Shown one piece after another: positions 13,126 through 28,054 of a DNA stretch of 64,000 bases. A program made the translations under genes and the position numbers. Below the pieces are notes generated by a model. That model saw only the letters and a program-made list of their open reading frames with translations, had not been told where the DNA came from and ran no database searches. The stretch comes from Camelus dromedarius (lineage: Eukaryota). The number at the start of each line of letters is the position of its first letter. Positions within the stretch are counted from its first letter, which is position 1. The DNA lies in NCBI RefSeq assembly GCF_036321535.1, contig NC_087437.1:78556001-78620000 (forward strand). The letters run 5' to 3'.

Positions 13126-13940
13126 TGGAAAAGTTTTGAATCTCAGAATAGAGATGAGGTAGCATGAAATATTGTCAGTCAGGGATTTTCCACAGGGAGA
13201 AAAATGTCCGGGTGAATTTACAGATAAAATCTTCATTCTACATAAGCAATTTGTTACTATATTAAAAATCGTATGATTAGTTAGGCTATTACATCATTTA
13301 ATATTTCTTTACAAAATTTGCACACGTAACAGCTTGTCCAATTTATGGGAAACAGTACTGAAAGGGTGGTCCCATATCTTACAAAGTAGTCAAGAAAAAT
13401 TAACATTAAAAAAAATACTGGGTTATCTTGTACTGAATTATCCACTCTTATATTCCTATTTCCTGACTTTATAATCCACATTGCAAAGTAAAACAGAGGA
13501 GAAAAGAGAGAGAAAGAGAAACAAAAAGACAGAGGTCAAACAAGCACAGAATACAATTAGAAATATATAGATTAAAAAAAATCATGTTAAAAAGGAACTG
13601 ATTTAATGTAGTAAACCTTACTATGATTCAACAATTGGATGTTTACACAAATAAATGGAATGCAAATTTATACACAAAGTATTATTTTAATTTATAGGTA
13701 GCATATTTAAAAAGAAAAGTGACCAAACTCTGGTAGGATTTTAAATCATATTATATGAAGATAGGTAAAGCAAAACAAAGCAAAACAAAGCAAAACAAAA
13801 AAAAAAAAAAAAAAAAAAAGAAGAAGAAGAAAAATAGGAGAAACCAAACAACCATTAAATACATTTTATCTCTCATGCAGAAAACATATTAAACTTGATT
13901 GGTTGGTCCCTAAAGCAATAAGCAAGGACCAGACAAAGGA

Positions 13941-14016
13941 TATATATCTATATGTATGTGTGTGTGTGTGTGTAAATATATATATATTTATATATATATT
14001 TATGTATATATACATA

Positions 14017-14052
<36 letters not shown>

Positions 14053-14066
14053 TGTATGTATATGTA
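13941..14066. repeat. compound microsatellite (TG)n-(TA)n-(TATG)n
   Basis: Directly visible in the sequence. Confidence 0.95.
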
Positions 14067-15300
14067 AGGAAGACTGTGGTGAGAGAATTCCCATGCTGGA
14101 ATGGCATATTGGGGTAGTACATTTTATATCACTGAATATGTTCACATATAAACTGGTTGAAACTAGATGGGGAGATTTGAAGAAGTCAAGTATTACAACA
14201 ATGGATAATAATCTTACACTATTAATAACCTCTTTCAACTCTAAATACAATTATCTACATAAAACTAACAATCAGAGGCAAACACCATAGAGAGGACATA
14301 GCCATTGCCAGATTTCTGATATACTGTCTAAAAGAAAATCTATAATTCTATCTTTAATTTTATTCATTTTGAAAGGCTGTAAATTTAAAAATAAGAATAA
14401 ATATTTTTTTAAAAAGCATACCCTTCAATATTATTTCTGGGAATTTATTCTAAAGTATCATTATGTGTACTTCAACATTGTTATAAGCTGCACACCATTT
14501 CCAAATAATTTTGATTTAAATTATGCTCAACCCCAGTGAACTAAGAGATAAGCCACTTGATTCAACTATCCCTTACTTTCTCACATTCAGTTATTGACCA
14601 AGTCATGCTGATTCTACATTCAAAATACTTTCAGAATTACTGTTCCTTTCCACTGAATATTTCAAAAATCTCCTAATTTCTGATTCCAAATTTATTGCCT
14701 TCAATGATGTCTCCAATGTTAACGATTTATATGTAATTTTGATGCCAGTTTCCAAGATAGCTACACAAGAGAAAAAATAAGAGAAGGTGATGGGTATTTT
14801 GAGGATGGAGCCAGAACAATTTCTTAGATCATGCATTGATCAATAGAGTAGAAATATTTGTGTGGAATCAAATAAGGAATGTGACTTCCTTTAAGTTCCA
14901 AAGGGCTTACCTACCTCAACATTAGGTTCTTCATAATTTCTGCCAAGAAAAATATCAGAAAACACCACGACCTGTTCATCTTACCTCTCTCACGCTTGCT
15001 TTTTCTGAGATAGGCAAACTTGTGAGACTACCTTTTAGAAAGAGCATCTGGTCCAAAAAGTATGTTTTAAAGTAAGGCTAGAAGACTAGAAACACCAACC
15101 AAGGATTTTATATTGAGAGACACAAGTTGTTTGATATCTACTTTCAGCTTCCAAAGAAAATACCATTTATTAATTTTATTGCAATATTTATTGAAATGAG
15201 CATTTTTACCTTTTTAGCATTAGCCTAGAAAATGGAAGTTTTAAAAATTGTTGCTCACAAATCAATAGACTGTAGAAGTGACATTTAAAACATATTTTAA

Positions 15301-17040
15301 ATTGGAAGACAACATAAAGAGATGGAAAGATATACCATGTTCTTGGATTGGAAAAATCAGTATTGTTAAAATGGCCATACTACTCAAGGCAATCTACAGA
15401 TTCAATGCAATCCCTATCAAATTACCAAAGGCATTTTTCACAGAACTAGAAAAGAAAAATTTAAATTTGTATATAAACACAAAAGAGTCTGAATAGGCAA
15501 AACAATCTTGAGAAAGAAGAACAGAGTTGGAGGAATCACACTACCTGATTTCAGAGTATACTACAAAGCCATAGTAACCAAAACAGTATGGTTCTGGCAC
15601 AAAAATAGACACATAGATCAATGGAACAGGATAGGAAACCCAAAAGTAAACTCATGCACTTATAGTCAATTAATCTAGACAAAGGAGGGAAAAATATACA
15701 ATAGAGAAAAGTCAGTCTCTTCAATGAGTGGTGCTGGGTAAACTGGACAGCTACAAGTAAAATAATGAAATAAGAACATTCTCTAACACCATATACAAAA
15801 ATAAACTCAAAATGGATTAAAGACCTAAATGTAGGATTGGATACCATAAAACTCCTAGAGGCAAACACAGGCAGAACTTTTTGACATAAATTGCAGCCAT
15901 TAGTTTTTTAGATCTGTCTCCTAGAGTAATGGAAACAAAAGCAAAAATAAATAAGTAGCATCTAATTAAACTTAAAAGTTTTTACTCAGCAAAGGAAACC
16001 ATAAAGAAAATGAAAAGACAACCTACTGAATGGGAGAAAATATCTACAAATGATGCAACCAACAAGGGACTAATTCCAAAATTCACAAACAGCTCAATAT
16101 CAAAAAAAAAAAACAAAAAAAAAAACCCAATCAAACCATGGGCCAAACACCTAAATAGGCATTTATCCAGAGAAGATATGAAGATGGCCAACAGGAACAT
16201 GAAAAGATGTTCAATATCACTAATTATTAGAGAAATGCAAATCAAAACTACAATGAGGTATATCACCTCATGCTGATCAGAATGGCCCATCATCAAAAAG
16301 CCTACAAATAATAAATACTAGACAGGGTGTGGAGAAAAGGGAACCCTCCTACACTGTTGATGGAAATGTAAATTGGTGCAGCCACTATGGAGAACAGTAT
16401 GAATGTTCCTTAAAAATAGAGTTACCATGTGATAACCAGCAATCCCATTCCTGGGCATATATCCAGAAAAGATGAAAATTCTAATTTGAAAGAATACACG
16501 CATCCCAGTGTTCATAGCAGCACTATTTACAATAGCCAGCAACCTAAACATCCATCAACAAGTGGATGGATAAAGAAAGTGCAGTGTATATACACAATGG
16601 AATATTTCTCAGCCATTAAAAATAATGAAATAATGCCATTTGCAGCAACACAGATGGATCTAGAGATTATCATACTAAGTGAAGTAAATCAAAGACAAAT
16701 ATCATATGGTATCACTTACATGTGGAATCTAAAAATAAATGATACAAATAAACTTACTTACAAAACAGAAATAGACCACAGACATAGAGAACAAATGGGG
16801 AAAAAGGGAAGGGGGAGAGAGAAATTAGGAGTGTAGAATTAACAGATACACACTATTATATATAAAATAGATAAACAAGGCCCTACTCTATAGCACAGGG
16901 AAATATATGCAATATTTTGTAATAACCTATAATGGAAAAAAATCTGAAAAATAATATATATATATATGAATAACTGAATCATTTTGCTTTACATCTGAAA
17001 ATAACACAACAACGCAAATCAACTATACTTCAAAAAAAAA
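15301..17040 (+). mobile_element. 5'-truncated L1 (cetartiodactyl, L1_Art-like)
   Basis: ORF2 C-terminal remnants ([12 protein letters not shown]), 3' UTR and A tail. A degenerate TSD is possible: AAAACATATTTTAA (15287-15300) / AAAGCATATATTTAA (~17039-17053). Confidence 0.92.
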
Positions 17041-17599
17041 AGCATATATTTAAGAGAATGCACTAAAGCCATGGCCATGTATATATGCCTGATTGAATCT
17101 AGTATCCAGGCGAGTATTCCAGTCCTGATTATAATAACTTTTCAGATGCCAACAATGGAATTTCCCCATAGTCAATCCAGTAAGATCATTATAATCATCA
17201 GATTTTTTTGTCATAACTATTTTAACGCTTAATTGGATTGGACATATAGAAGCTTCATTGATCTCATAACGACCACAATATGGAAAAGCATGAAACTGAA
17301 ACAACTTCTTTTTTTAAATGGAGACTGCCTTTTTCTATATGCAATGAATAAAAAGGAGAAATGGGGTTATTAAATTGTCTCACTAGTAAAATTACATTAT
17401 TAATTGTAATATGCAAACAAAATAATTAATTTACTCACTTCCTTTATTAATTACTTTTGCAAGGCTATTTTTAAAAATATTTTCTGCTGTGGTTAAATTT
17501 AAGACAAATCTTAAAATCTACTCAAGACCAAGTCAGTTACCATTTTTTGAAAGGCCTGACATGAGTTACCTAGACATTAAGTATTTTACTATCAAACAC

Positions 17600-17730
17600 T
17601 CACCACAGACACATGCATACACAAACATCATATATACACAGGCACACAATTACCAATCTACACCACACATAGACATACACACAGACACACAGACACACAG
17701 ACACACAGACACACACACATACACACAGAC
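17600..17730. repeat. CA-rich / (CACACAGA)n simple repeat
   Basis: Directly visible in the sequence. Confidence 0.85.
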
Positions 17731-18904
17731 TAGCTGCTTCCCTGATCAATATTCTCCTACAAGGCCTTTGGTTGACCTGTCTCCAGTTATTGATTTTTGG
17801 CTATTTCACTTAGACCAGAAGGAAATAGGTAGTGATTCAATTTCCTATTACTCAATTTAGAAGTAAGGAATTAGTGTCATAGTGAAGAAAAAAAGAAAAT
17901 ATATACTGTGTAAAAATGAAATATAGTGCATTTTGTGAACAGAATGAAGAAAAGAGATTGTTAAGAAGAATGGGAATGATCTGAAAAATGGTAAAAAGCT
18001 TAATGAGAAAAGGTAAAGGAATGACTATGAAATTTGACAAGGCAGACAGAGGATGAGAGATGGGACTGAATAAAGAAAAGAGATACAGGGAGCACAATCT
18101 TCACTTCTTCTGTCAGAATGGCTTTCCTTCCTCATAACAAGGGAGAATATTTGCAAAAGGAATGAAGACACATCCATTTTCTTCTGGCATTTTTGAAGAT
18201 TGATTCTGTCTTTTCTCTGTTAAATTCTTAAATGTAATGAAAAAAGTAGGCTGACAATGCTGAAGAACAGGTCAAAAGAGAGTTCAATCATTTGACATAT
18301 TTTTTATGGTTCAGTAAAATTCCTCTTCCACTATCACCATCTCCAACCAACCTCCAGTATCAATGAGTTGCTTAGAACTTAACTGACATAAACTATTTCA
18401 TTTCTACAAACATATTTTTTAAGTTTCACCTTTGTTTGGAAGGTATTTTCCCTTACTTCATAAAAAAGACACTCATTCTCTAGTCCTGCATAAAGCTTTT
18501 TTGCTAGATTTTTCTTAAGCAAACATTCTAGCTGGTAAAATAGTCTATTAATTATCAGAACTAATCTGCTCTCTATTGTTTTTATTGGATACTTGTGGCT
18601 AGGGAGCAGAAGAATAAGGGTATTTTATTTCTCTGTTTATTTGTTTTTCAATTTATAACCATCTGGCACAAACCTGAAACTTGTGGCAGGAGTCCCATTA
18701 AAAGAAGGAATACAAAAACATGAACAAGCATTGTTTTCATAACTGAAAATTGAGACTGGGTTCACATATTTATGGAGGCTTGGTTGAAAGATCTAGCGTG
18801 ATTACATACTTCAGAGTTCTGTCAGGACTTACAAAAAGAAGCAGAAATGTGTAACTTTTCCACAGTAAAAGAATGGATTATTAATTGGGGACTTCTTACT
18901 ACTT

Positions 18905-19110
18905 TGTGATTAAGGGTACAGGTCTGAATCAAATAACCTGGATCCCTTTCATTCCACAGTTTAGCTGTGTATCTGTAGGCATTTCACAATTTTTTTAAAT
19001 AAATGGAGATCATAATACAACTTCCTCAAGGGGTTAGGTTAATAATTAAATGAGAATAATGGATAAAAACCAATTAGCCCTGTGCTCACCTTTTCTAGTT
19101 TTTCAAAAAA
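18905..19110 (+). mobile_element. MIR SINE
   Basis: AAATGGAGATCATAATACAAC...ATTAAATGAGAATAAT core. Confidence 0.6.
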
Positions 19111-19299
19111 TTGTGTCATTATTACTTAAGAAGAAAACATGTTTTAGTCACACAGTGAGGCCATAGAACACTGTCAAAGCTTTGATCTATATGATTATTC
19201 TTCTGTATGTGGATTCAAATGTCAACACTGAAAGGAACTTGAAACAGTAATTTGTCAGGCTGCATTTTTAAATTTCTCCTTAAAAAAGGAGAAAGCCAC

Positions 19300-22200
19300 A
19301 AGTGAGTGTCATACACTAAAAAACCAAAAACCTGAATAATCTACAAAATGACATACTTTGAGCCTATCTGAGAGCTAAGGCTGAGAGGTAACAGATGAAT
19401 TCTTGAGAGTATCAGACCCCTCTGAGGAGAGATGGGGACACATAAAACATCTCAACTTTGGCAGATAATATGAGAAAGAAGTGGAAACCATAAAAATGGT
19501 GGGGAAAAAAAACACCCATGAAATTTTAACAAATTCTTAAAAGCCAAGCATGGGCTACTATGATAGGATAAAGTCCTTTGGGAGACCCAGACAAAAAGGG
19601 ATACCTAATATAAAGACAATTTCTTTTCACCAAGCTTCTATCAGGAGCCTAATAGAAATATTAGAGATGTGACAGATTTGTTAGACCCCCTTTTAATATC
19701 ACAAGCATTCAGGAATGCCACCATTTGAAACTAGGTTGCCAGTTTCTAGACAACCCCATTCATATTCTTGGCCTTGCTTGAATCCAAGCTGTCAAATGAA
19801 CTTAGAAGAAGTTAGAAAAACGTTTTCTCTCTGTTTCTCAGGTGTTCACCGCCTGATGAAAACCCTTGGTCACTGCAGCCCTCCCACTAAGTATGAGGAA
19901 ACAGCAGCAGTCCACACTGAAAGGATTGAGGCCTCGCAGACACTTAAGGTAACCATGGCAACTACAAAACAAATCCTACCCAGAGTATATTGATTGAACT
20001 CACCACTCCAATGGCCTAACAGAAGGCGAGATGAGTCCATTTCTGGATATAATGTTTACTTGCCTAGGCCACTACATTTTTTTTTTTATAAATAATGTTT
20101 GGCAATTAATTAAAAATTATGGAACACACATGAAACATTTATGCATTATCAAGAGAAAAAACTGTCAAAACAATTACATTTAGAAATGACACAGTAGAAC
20201 TATTAGGAAGGGGCTTTAAAATACTGTAATAAATATATTTTATTAATGCATTTAAAAACCTAGTGAAAAGACTATTTTTACCAGTTATTTTTATACTCTA
20301 CATAGCAGAGAAAAAAATCAGTTATCTTGAATAATCTAAACAGAAATATACACCAAAAAGTGGGAAAAAAAAGAACACAAAATTAGAGAGTATTAAGACA
20401 ATATTAAACAGTCTAAAACATCTGTAATTGTTGCCCTGAAGAGATTAAAGAAGTAATAAGAAATACTGAAAGAGACAATGTATAAGAATTTTACAACATT
20501 AATGAAAGATTTTAACAAGTATAGATCAAAGAAGCTCAGAAAACCCCAAGTAGGAAAAGTAATAAAAATTAAAATAATGAAACAAACACACAAAAAATGG
20601 CCACATAATTTTCTGGCTGCAGAAAACCAAACATAAAGAAAAAATCTTGAATGAAGTCAAAGAAAAAAATTTACTCAGACAGTAAATTGAAATTCTTGCC
20701 AAAAACTATGTCAGATGTCAATGGAGAGATGTCTTTAAAGTACTAAAAGGAAAAAAATACTTTAGAAAAAAATATTTTAGAATTCTTATAGCCTATAAAA
20801 CTATCTTTCACAAATGAAAGCAAAATGAAGATATTAAAAAAGAGGAATAAAATTCATTGCGAGCACTCACACTAAAACAAATATTAAGGGGAGTTCTTTA
20901 GGTAGAAATAGTTGAATGGTGATGGAAATTTGAATTTATAGAAAAATGAGCATGGAAAATGGTAAAAATTTGGATAAGTATAAACTGAATTTTCTTTATT
21001 TTTAATCTCCTTAAATGATAACTAAGTAAAATACAAAAATAATTTTTACTATTTAAAATATACATAAGTTTAGGGAGCATTCTATTTGATTTGAAAAGAA
21101 TGTGTTTTCTGTTGTTGATTGGAATGCTCTATAAATACCAATTAGGTCAGGTTGGCTAGTAGTGTTATTCCAGTCTTCTACATCTTAAGTGATTTTTGTC
21201 TACTTGTCCTATCAGTTACAAAGAGAGAAGTTCCAAAATCTCAATCTATAATTGTGGATTTGCCAGTTTCTTCTTTAAGTTCTATTTTTTTTTTCTTTAT
21301 CATTATTTAAAGCTCTATTATTAAGTGATGCTCATTTCGGGTTGTTGTGTCTTCTTAATTAGTTAACTCATTATCTTTGCATAATGACTCTCTTTACCTC
21401 TAGTAAAATTCCTTCTTCTGAAGTCTCCTTTGTGTGACATTAATATAACATCCTAGTTTTCTCTTGAAATATACATGGAATAAAATATTTGATGAAAATA
21501 GTACAATGTAAGGGAGAGAAGAAATAAAAGGGCATTCCTGCAGACTTCTTACATTATGTATGAAGAGGTATAATAATAATTAAAGGTACTTTGTGAGAAG
21601 TTACAGATGTATATTGTAATTAACTTTAAAATAGTATTAGAACGTATAGCTAACTAGTCAATAATGGTGATAAAATAGAAGCATAAAAAAAAGGTTTGAC
21701 CAATCTAAAAGATTCCTAGACAACAGGAGAATAAATAAAAACCAATGGGAGAAAAAAACCAAAAAGGTTATAGATTTAAAACACAACTATATTAATCATT
21801 ACATTAAATGTCTGATGATATAAATGCTCCATTTAAAGGCAGATATAAGACTTGATTTAAAAAAAAAAAGTAAGCCCTAACAGTATAGTATCCATAAGAA
21901 ACCCACTTCAGCTGTAAAGAAATGAAAGCCATAAAATGATGGGGAAAGTTATAGCATGTTAACACTAATCAAGAGAAAACTGGATGTTATACTAATGTCA
22001 CACAAAGGAGGCTTCAGAGGAAATTTTACTAGAGATAAGGAGAGCCATTAGAGAAAGATCATGGATTAACTAATCAAGAAGATAAAACAATCCTAATGAG
22101 TATGCACTCAAGAATAGCTTTAAGCTGAAAGAAAAAAAAACCCAACAACTAATAGAACTTAAAAAAGAAATTGGCAAATCTACAATTATAGTTTGAGATT

Positions 22201-25140
22201 TTGGCACTGTTGTCTTTTTGATAAGACAAGAAGACGAAAATCACTTAAGATGTAGAAGACTGGAATAACATTGCTAGCCACTCTGACTTAATAATTGATA
22301 TTTATAGAATGTTCCAATCAACAACAGGAAACACATTATTTTCAAATCGAATAGAACACTCACTAAAGGTCTGATGCTAACACTTCAGTAAATTTAAAAG
22401 AATCAAAATGCTATGTCAAGTATTTTGACCATAGTAGAATTAAAATAAAATCAATAGTAGATATATGGAAAATGCTGATATATTTGGAAACTAGAGACCT
22501 CACTTGAAAATAAATTATATTCATCACAGGGATGAAATCATAGAGGAAATAAAAAATATTTTTTTACAGAATAAAAATAAAAGCACAACATATAAAGATT
22601 TGTAGATTGCTCTAATTCAATGGTTAGAGAGAAGTATGTAGTTTGTATATTTATTTCAGAAAATAGAAAGGTCTCAAATCAGTAATTTAAACTTTCAACT
22701 TGAGAAACTAGAAAAAGATGATCAAAGAAAACACAAAGTCAGGGAAAGGAGGGCAAAAATGAAGTGAAAGTAAAAAATTAATGAAATAGAAAACAGGGCA
22801 ATAATAGAGTAAAAAAAAGCAAAATACATTTTTCAAAGTAATTACTACAAGTGATAAATTTCTCTCCAGCCTTTATCAAGGAATAGACGTCTCAAATTAT
22901 CAACATCTGAAATGAAAAAGGGAACATTATTACAAATTCTACAGAGTTTAAATAGACAATATGAAAATAATATAAATACTTCTATACCAATATATCTCTA
23001 AAAAATATGAAATGGAAAATGCCTTTAAATACACAAAGCTTACTAAGGAATAAATAGATAACTGAAAAGTATGTATCTTGATTTTGTAATTAACATCTTT
23101 CCACAAAGAAAACTCCTGGTACCAATTCACTGGTAAATCCTACCATGCATTAAATAGACAAATACCAATTTGACACTTTGTTCCAGAAAATAAAAAAGGA
23201 AAAGATACATTCCAAGTCACTTTAAGAGGCTCACATTATCCTAATACCAATACCAGACAAAGTAATTGTAATAAAAGAGAACTGTAACTCAATATACTTC
23301 ATAATAGTACACACAGACACAAATTCTTAACAAAATTTTAGCAAATTGAGATTAGCAATATAGAAAAATGATAATACATCATGAAGAAGACAAGATGGGA
23401 TGGAAAAGGGTTATGGCAGGAATTCAAGACTGGTTCAGTAGAATTCAGCGTATCAGTAAAAGACAAAATAAAACAAATAAAACAACATTACCAACTTAGA
23501 TACAAAATTATAAAAATTGATTCAATTCACGAAAAAAAAAAAAAAAGACTTTCAGAGAACAGGAAATAGAAGATCTTCCCCAATCTGATGAAACACATCT
23601 AAGAGAAATGAACAACTGATGTAATTAATGGTAAAAACTGAATATTTCTCTATGAGGATTGGGAATGAATTAAGGATATATAGTCTTACCTCTTCTGTCC
23701 AACCCTATACCGGATGCAATGAGGACAGTAAGTATAATAAAAGTCATGTAAGTAGTAAGAAACTATTAAAAGCATTACTTGCAGCAAACAAAATACCCAT
23801 AGAAGATCCTACTCTATGTACAGATAATCAACTACAATTTATAAATATGTTATCAAGATCATTCCTAAAGGTTAAAAATATATACACCAAAGTCAGCATA
23901 TTTATACCAAAGTCAAATTTCTATATACTAGCAACAAAAAAATTTGGAACTGAATTGAAAATTTATTTGTATAATAGGGTTAAAAAATAAAAAGAAATAA
24001 TTAGACATAATTTTAACCTAAAGTGAACAAGACTTGTACCTTAAAAATTACAAAATATTGTTCAGAGAAATTAAGAAATACCTAAGTAAACAGAAACATA
24101 TGCCATATTTATGGGACAGATGACTCAATAATCTTAGGATGCCAGGTCTTCCAAAACTGGTCTATTACATCAATAAAATTTCAAATTCCAACTAGACATT
24201 TTTGTGGAAAAATATCTGAATAACATAAATTTGGCAACAGAACTGTGTCCAGAATATTTTTTAAAGTGCTCTTACAACTGAACAATAGAAGAAAAACATT
24301 CAAATACAAAATATCAACAAAGATATACCAGTGGCAAATAAGCACATGGAAAGATGTTCACCATCTTTATACACCAGGAAAATGTAAATTAAAACCACAA
24401 TGCAATATCTATATATATATTCACTAGAATGGCTAAAATTAAAAAGACAGAGTTTCAAGTCTAGGTGATGATGTGGATAAAATGGAACTCTCATACATTG
24501 CAATTGAGAGCTGAAAATGGTAGATATTTTAGAAAACAGTTTGGAAGTTACTTGTAAAGTTATATATATATATAATTATATATAATTATCATATGATCCT
24601 GTGACATTTCTCCTAGATTCAGGAGAAATAAAAATATATGGCTCCACAAAGACTTGTACACACATATTTATAATAGTTTTATTCATAATAGCTAAATAAT
24701 GGAAAAATCCCAAATGTTGATTAATTTGAGAATAGGTAAGAAAGATTTTAGTACATAACAATGGAATACTACTGAGTAATAAAATGGAATGAACTACTGA
24801 TGTGTGCTACAAAATGATTGATAATCAAAAACATGTTAAGTAAAAGAAACCAGATGCAAAAGTCCAAATATAATCTGAATTTATTTATATGACATTCAAG
24901 AAATGGTGAAACTAGACAGAAAGAAAATAGATAAGAATTTGCTGGGGACCAAGATAAGACAAAAGGATGGACAGCTAAAGGGCAAAGGGACAAAGGGACC
25001 AATAGCAAATTTTCAGAGTGATGGAAATATTCTGAATCTTGATTATAATAATGTTTACATTAGTAAATAGATTTGTTAAAACTCATTAAATTCTGAATTC
25101 CAAAAAGGTGAACGTTTAATGTAAATTACCTCTCTAAATA
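19300..25140 (+). mobile_element. ancient, heavily decayed near-full-length L1 (L1MC/MD/ME-like)
   Basis: Collinear relics of ORF1 (~20100-20900), EN (~21780-22480), RT (~23100-23800), an internal deletion near 24210, and an old-type 3' UTR. Confidence 0.8.
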
Positions 25141-25259
25141 GACATAATAAATAGGGTAATATGTTAATAAATCTTGAAATTGTTGTTTATATGTGTGCTC
25201 AAAGTTCCATTCTTTCAATTTTTTTCCTATGTTTGAAAATATGCTATAATAAATGAGAG

Positions 25260-25470
25260 CCATAGGGCTTTGGATTCTAGAAGACTTGCATTCAATTCCC
25301 AATCAACTTAATTTATTAACAGACTCTTAAATTTGAACCATATTTTCCCTATTGCTAAAGTAAGGAAAACAATGTCTAACTAGTAGGGTTATGCAGATCA
25401 AATTAATCAACTTACGTAACGTAGCTCTAATATAATGGGTGCCTAACACAAGGTCCACTAAATTTTCTGT
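25260..25470 (+). mobile_element. MIR SINE, degraded
   Basis: GGGCTTTGGATTCTAGAAGACTTGCATTCAATTCC start and MIR-like core. Confidence 0.55.
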
Positions 25471-25887
25471 AAAAATTATCAGTTCCTTAATTTACTTTAT
25501 CATTGATGCCTTATTACCATGGAATATGTATAACATTGTCTCTTCTTGCAATGGTAGTCTGCAGGATGTCAATTTAGGTATTTCAGAAAGCTCCCCTGGA
25601 TCTAAATATTCCTTTTACTTCTAAATATGATAGAGTATTGCCATAAATTGTTTTTTTTAAGTTAAACATAGAAGGGTCCTGTAAAAAAAATATGTATTAT
25701 GGAGCATAAACAAAACATTAATTTTGATGAAATAGAGTATAAACTAGTTGGAGACAGGGAGCAGAGTTCATGATTCTTTTTGTTTATTAAAATACTTACA
25801 CACAGAGTAGGTGCTCTAATACAAATCCATGTTAAATGCAAAAGACCTAGGAAAGTATGTGTATCATTCTTTCCTATTCTTTTTTAA

Positions 25888-27139
25888 AATTTTTTAATTT
25901 ATTTTTTGTATATATATTTTTATTGAAGTATAGTCAGTTTACAATGTTGTGCCAATTTCTGGTATACAGCATAATGCTTCAGTCATACATGAACGTACAT
26001 ATATTCATTTTCATATTCTTTTTCACCATATGTTACTACAAGACATTGAATATAGTTCCCTGTGCAAAACAGTATGAACTTGTTCATCTATTTTATATGT
26101 ATTAGTTAGTATCTGCAAATCTGGAACTCCCAATTTATCCCTTCCTGCACCCTTTCCCCTCTGGTAACCGTAAGTTTGTTTTCTATGTCTGTGAGTCTGT
26201 TTCTGTTTTGTAAATAAGTTCGTCTTTTTTTTTTTTTTTTTAGATTCCACATATAAGTGATATCATATAGTATTTTTCTTTCTCTTTCTGACTTACTTCA
26301 CTTAGAATGACAATCTCCAGATCCATCCATGTTGCTGAAAATGGGATTATTTTATTACTTTTTATGGCTAAGTAGTATACCATTGTATAAATATACCATA
26401 GCTTCTTTATCCAGTCATCTGTTGATGGACATTTAGGGTGTTTCCATGTCTTGGATATTATAAATAATGCTGCTATGAACATTGGGGTGAAGAAAACATA
26501 GGCAAAACATTTGCTGACATAAATCTTAGTAATGTTCTCCTAGGGCAGTCTACCCAGGCAATAGAAATAAAAGTAAAAATAAACAAATAGGACCTCTTTA
26601 AATTTGTAAGCTTTTGCACAGCAAAGGAAACTATAAGCAAAACAAAAAGACAACCTATGGAATGGGAGAAAATATTTGAAAAAGATGAGACTGACAAGGG
26701 CTTAATTTTCAGAATATACAAACAGCTCATGCAACTTAACAAGAAAAAAACACCAACCCAATCCAAAAATGGGCAGAAGACCTAAACAAGCAATTCTCCA
26801 ATGAAGACATACAAATGGCTGATAGGCACATGAAAAAATGCTCAGTATCACTAATTATCAGAGAAATGCAAATCAAAACTACAATGAGGTATCACCTTAC
26901 ACCAGTCAGAATGGCCATCATTCAAAAGCTACAAATGATAAATGCTGGAGAAGCTGTGGAGAAAAGGGAACCCTCTTACACTGTTGGTAGAAATGTACTT
27001 ATGTGCAGCCATTATGGAAAACAGTCTGGAGATTCCTCAAAAGACTAAATAGATTTACTGTATAATCCAGCAATCCCACTCCTGAGCATATATCCAGAGT
27101 GAATCTTAATTCAAAAAGATACATGAACCCCAATTTTCA
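25888..27139 (-). mobile_element. L1 with 5' inversion (twin priming)
   Basis: The 3' end lies on the - strand (25888-26488) and is joined to an adjacent ORF2 segment on + (26489-27139). TSD ATTCTTTTTTAA at 25876-25887 and 27140-27151. Confidence 0.92.
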
Positions 27140-28054
27140 ATTCTTTTTTAACAACCATCTCTTCCCCTCCACCCTCTTACTCATTCCAGTCCTTCTGATG
27201 TTAAAATTTTCTCCTCCTATTTTTTTTCACTATCTACTTCAATTAGTACTTTTTTCATAAAGCCTCTTCTGCTCTTATTTTAAAGACTCCATTCTCTACC
27301 TACTTCACAATCCTGACCATGCATATCTCTTCCTTTGATGAATATCCACAGTGCTTTTATTTTACTTTCAAAGTTCTAAACTGGTAATACAAAAAATTTG
27401 GCTATTTTCCCCATTCTACTAGATTTTAGTCATATAGCATTCAGAAAGTTACTTGATATGGAAAGCCACAATTTTCTCATCTGTAAAATGGATGTAAAAT
27501 TACTTACTCTGTTCCTTAATGGGAATGCTGAAGAGATGCAAAAAGTACAAGATTCTTGAAGAGATAAAAATGTATATATTTATTATCTGGTAAAATTCTA
27601 TTTTTTTAATATTAAGTAAAGAATAATGCTAAACATCTATGTGAGATTTCTATGGCCCAAAGCCTCCATTCTTTGACAAAGGTGAGGTGGATCCAAGGAA
27701 ACTTCAGAAAAGGATAAAGAGACAACACAGCAGGGACCTGTACAGATCATAAATTAAAATTCAGAATAGAATAATGACATCAAATTCAATGACACAATGA
27801 AGAAAGGAAGACTCTGATTGAATGCCTAAGATAATTTGCTTCACACTCACATACTTCTGGAAACAATTTGAATTCAGAAACAATCTGAAGAAAACATTTT
27901 CAGTTGGCTGGGACTACTCCCTAACTTGTAGAATGGAGGTTTAAAATGGAGTTTGGATGAAAATACAAAAAAAAAAAGAAATTACATGGTAAATCTGTAT
28001 TTTCTATATGCACTTCTAATGAATTAGAAAGAGTAAGACAATATGATGGGTTCA

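Noticed and set aside
14905..15010. Two tiny minus-strand exon-like blocks
   Set aside because: The implied intron is only ~45 nt, which is too short.
17050..17304. 84-aa minus-strand ORF in unique DNA
   Set aside because: It has a non-ATG start, no good splice pair, and no recognised homology.
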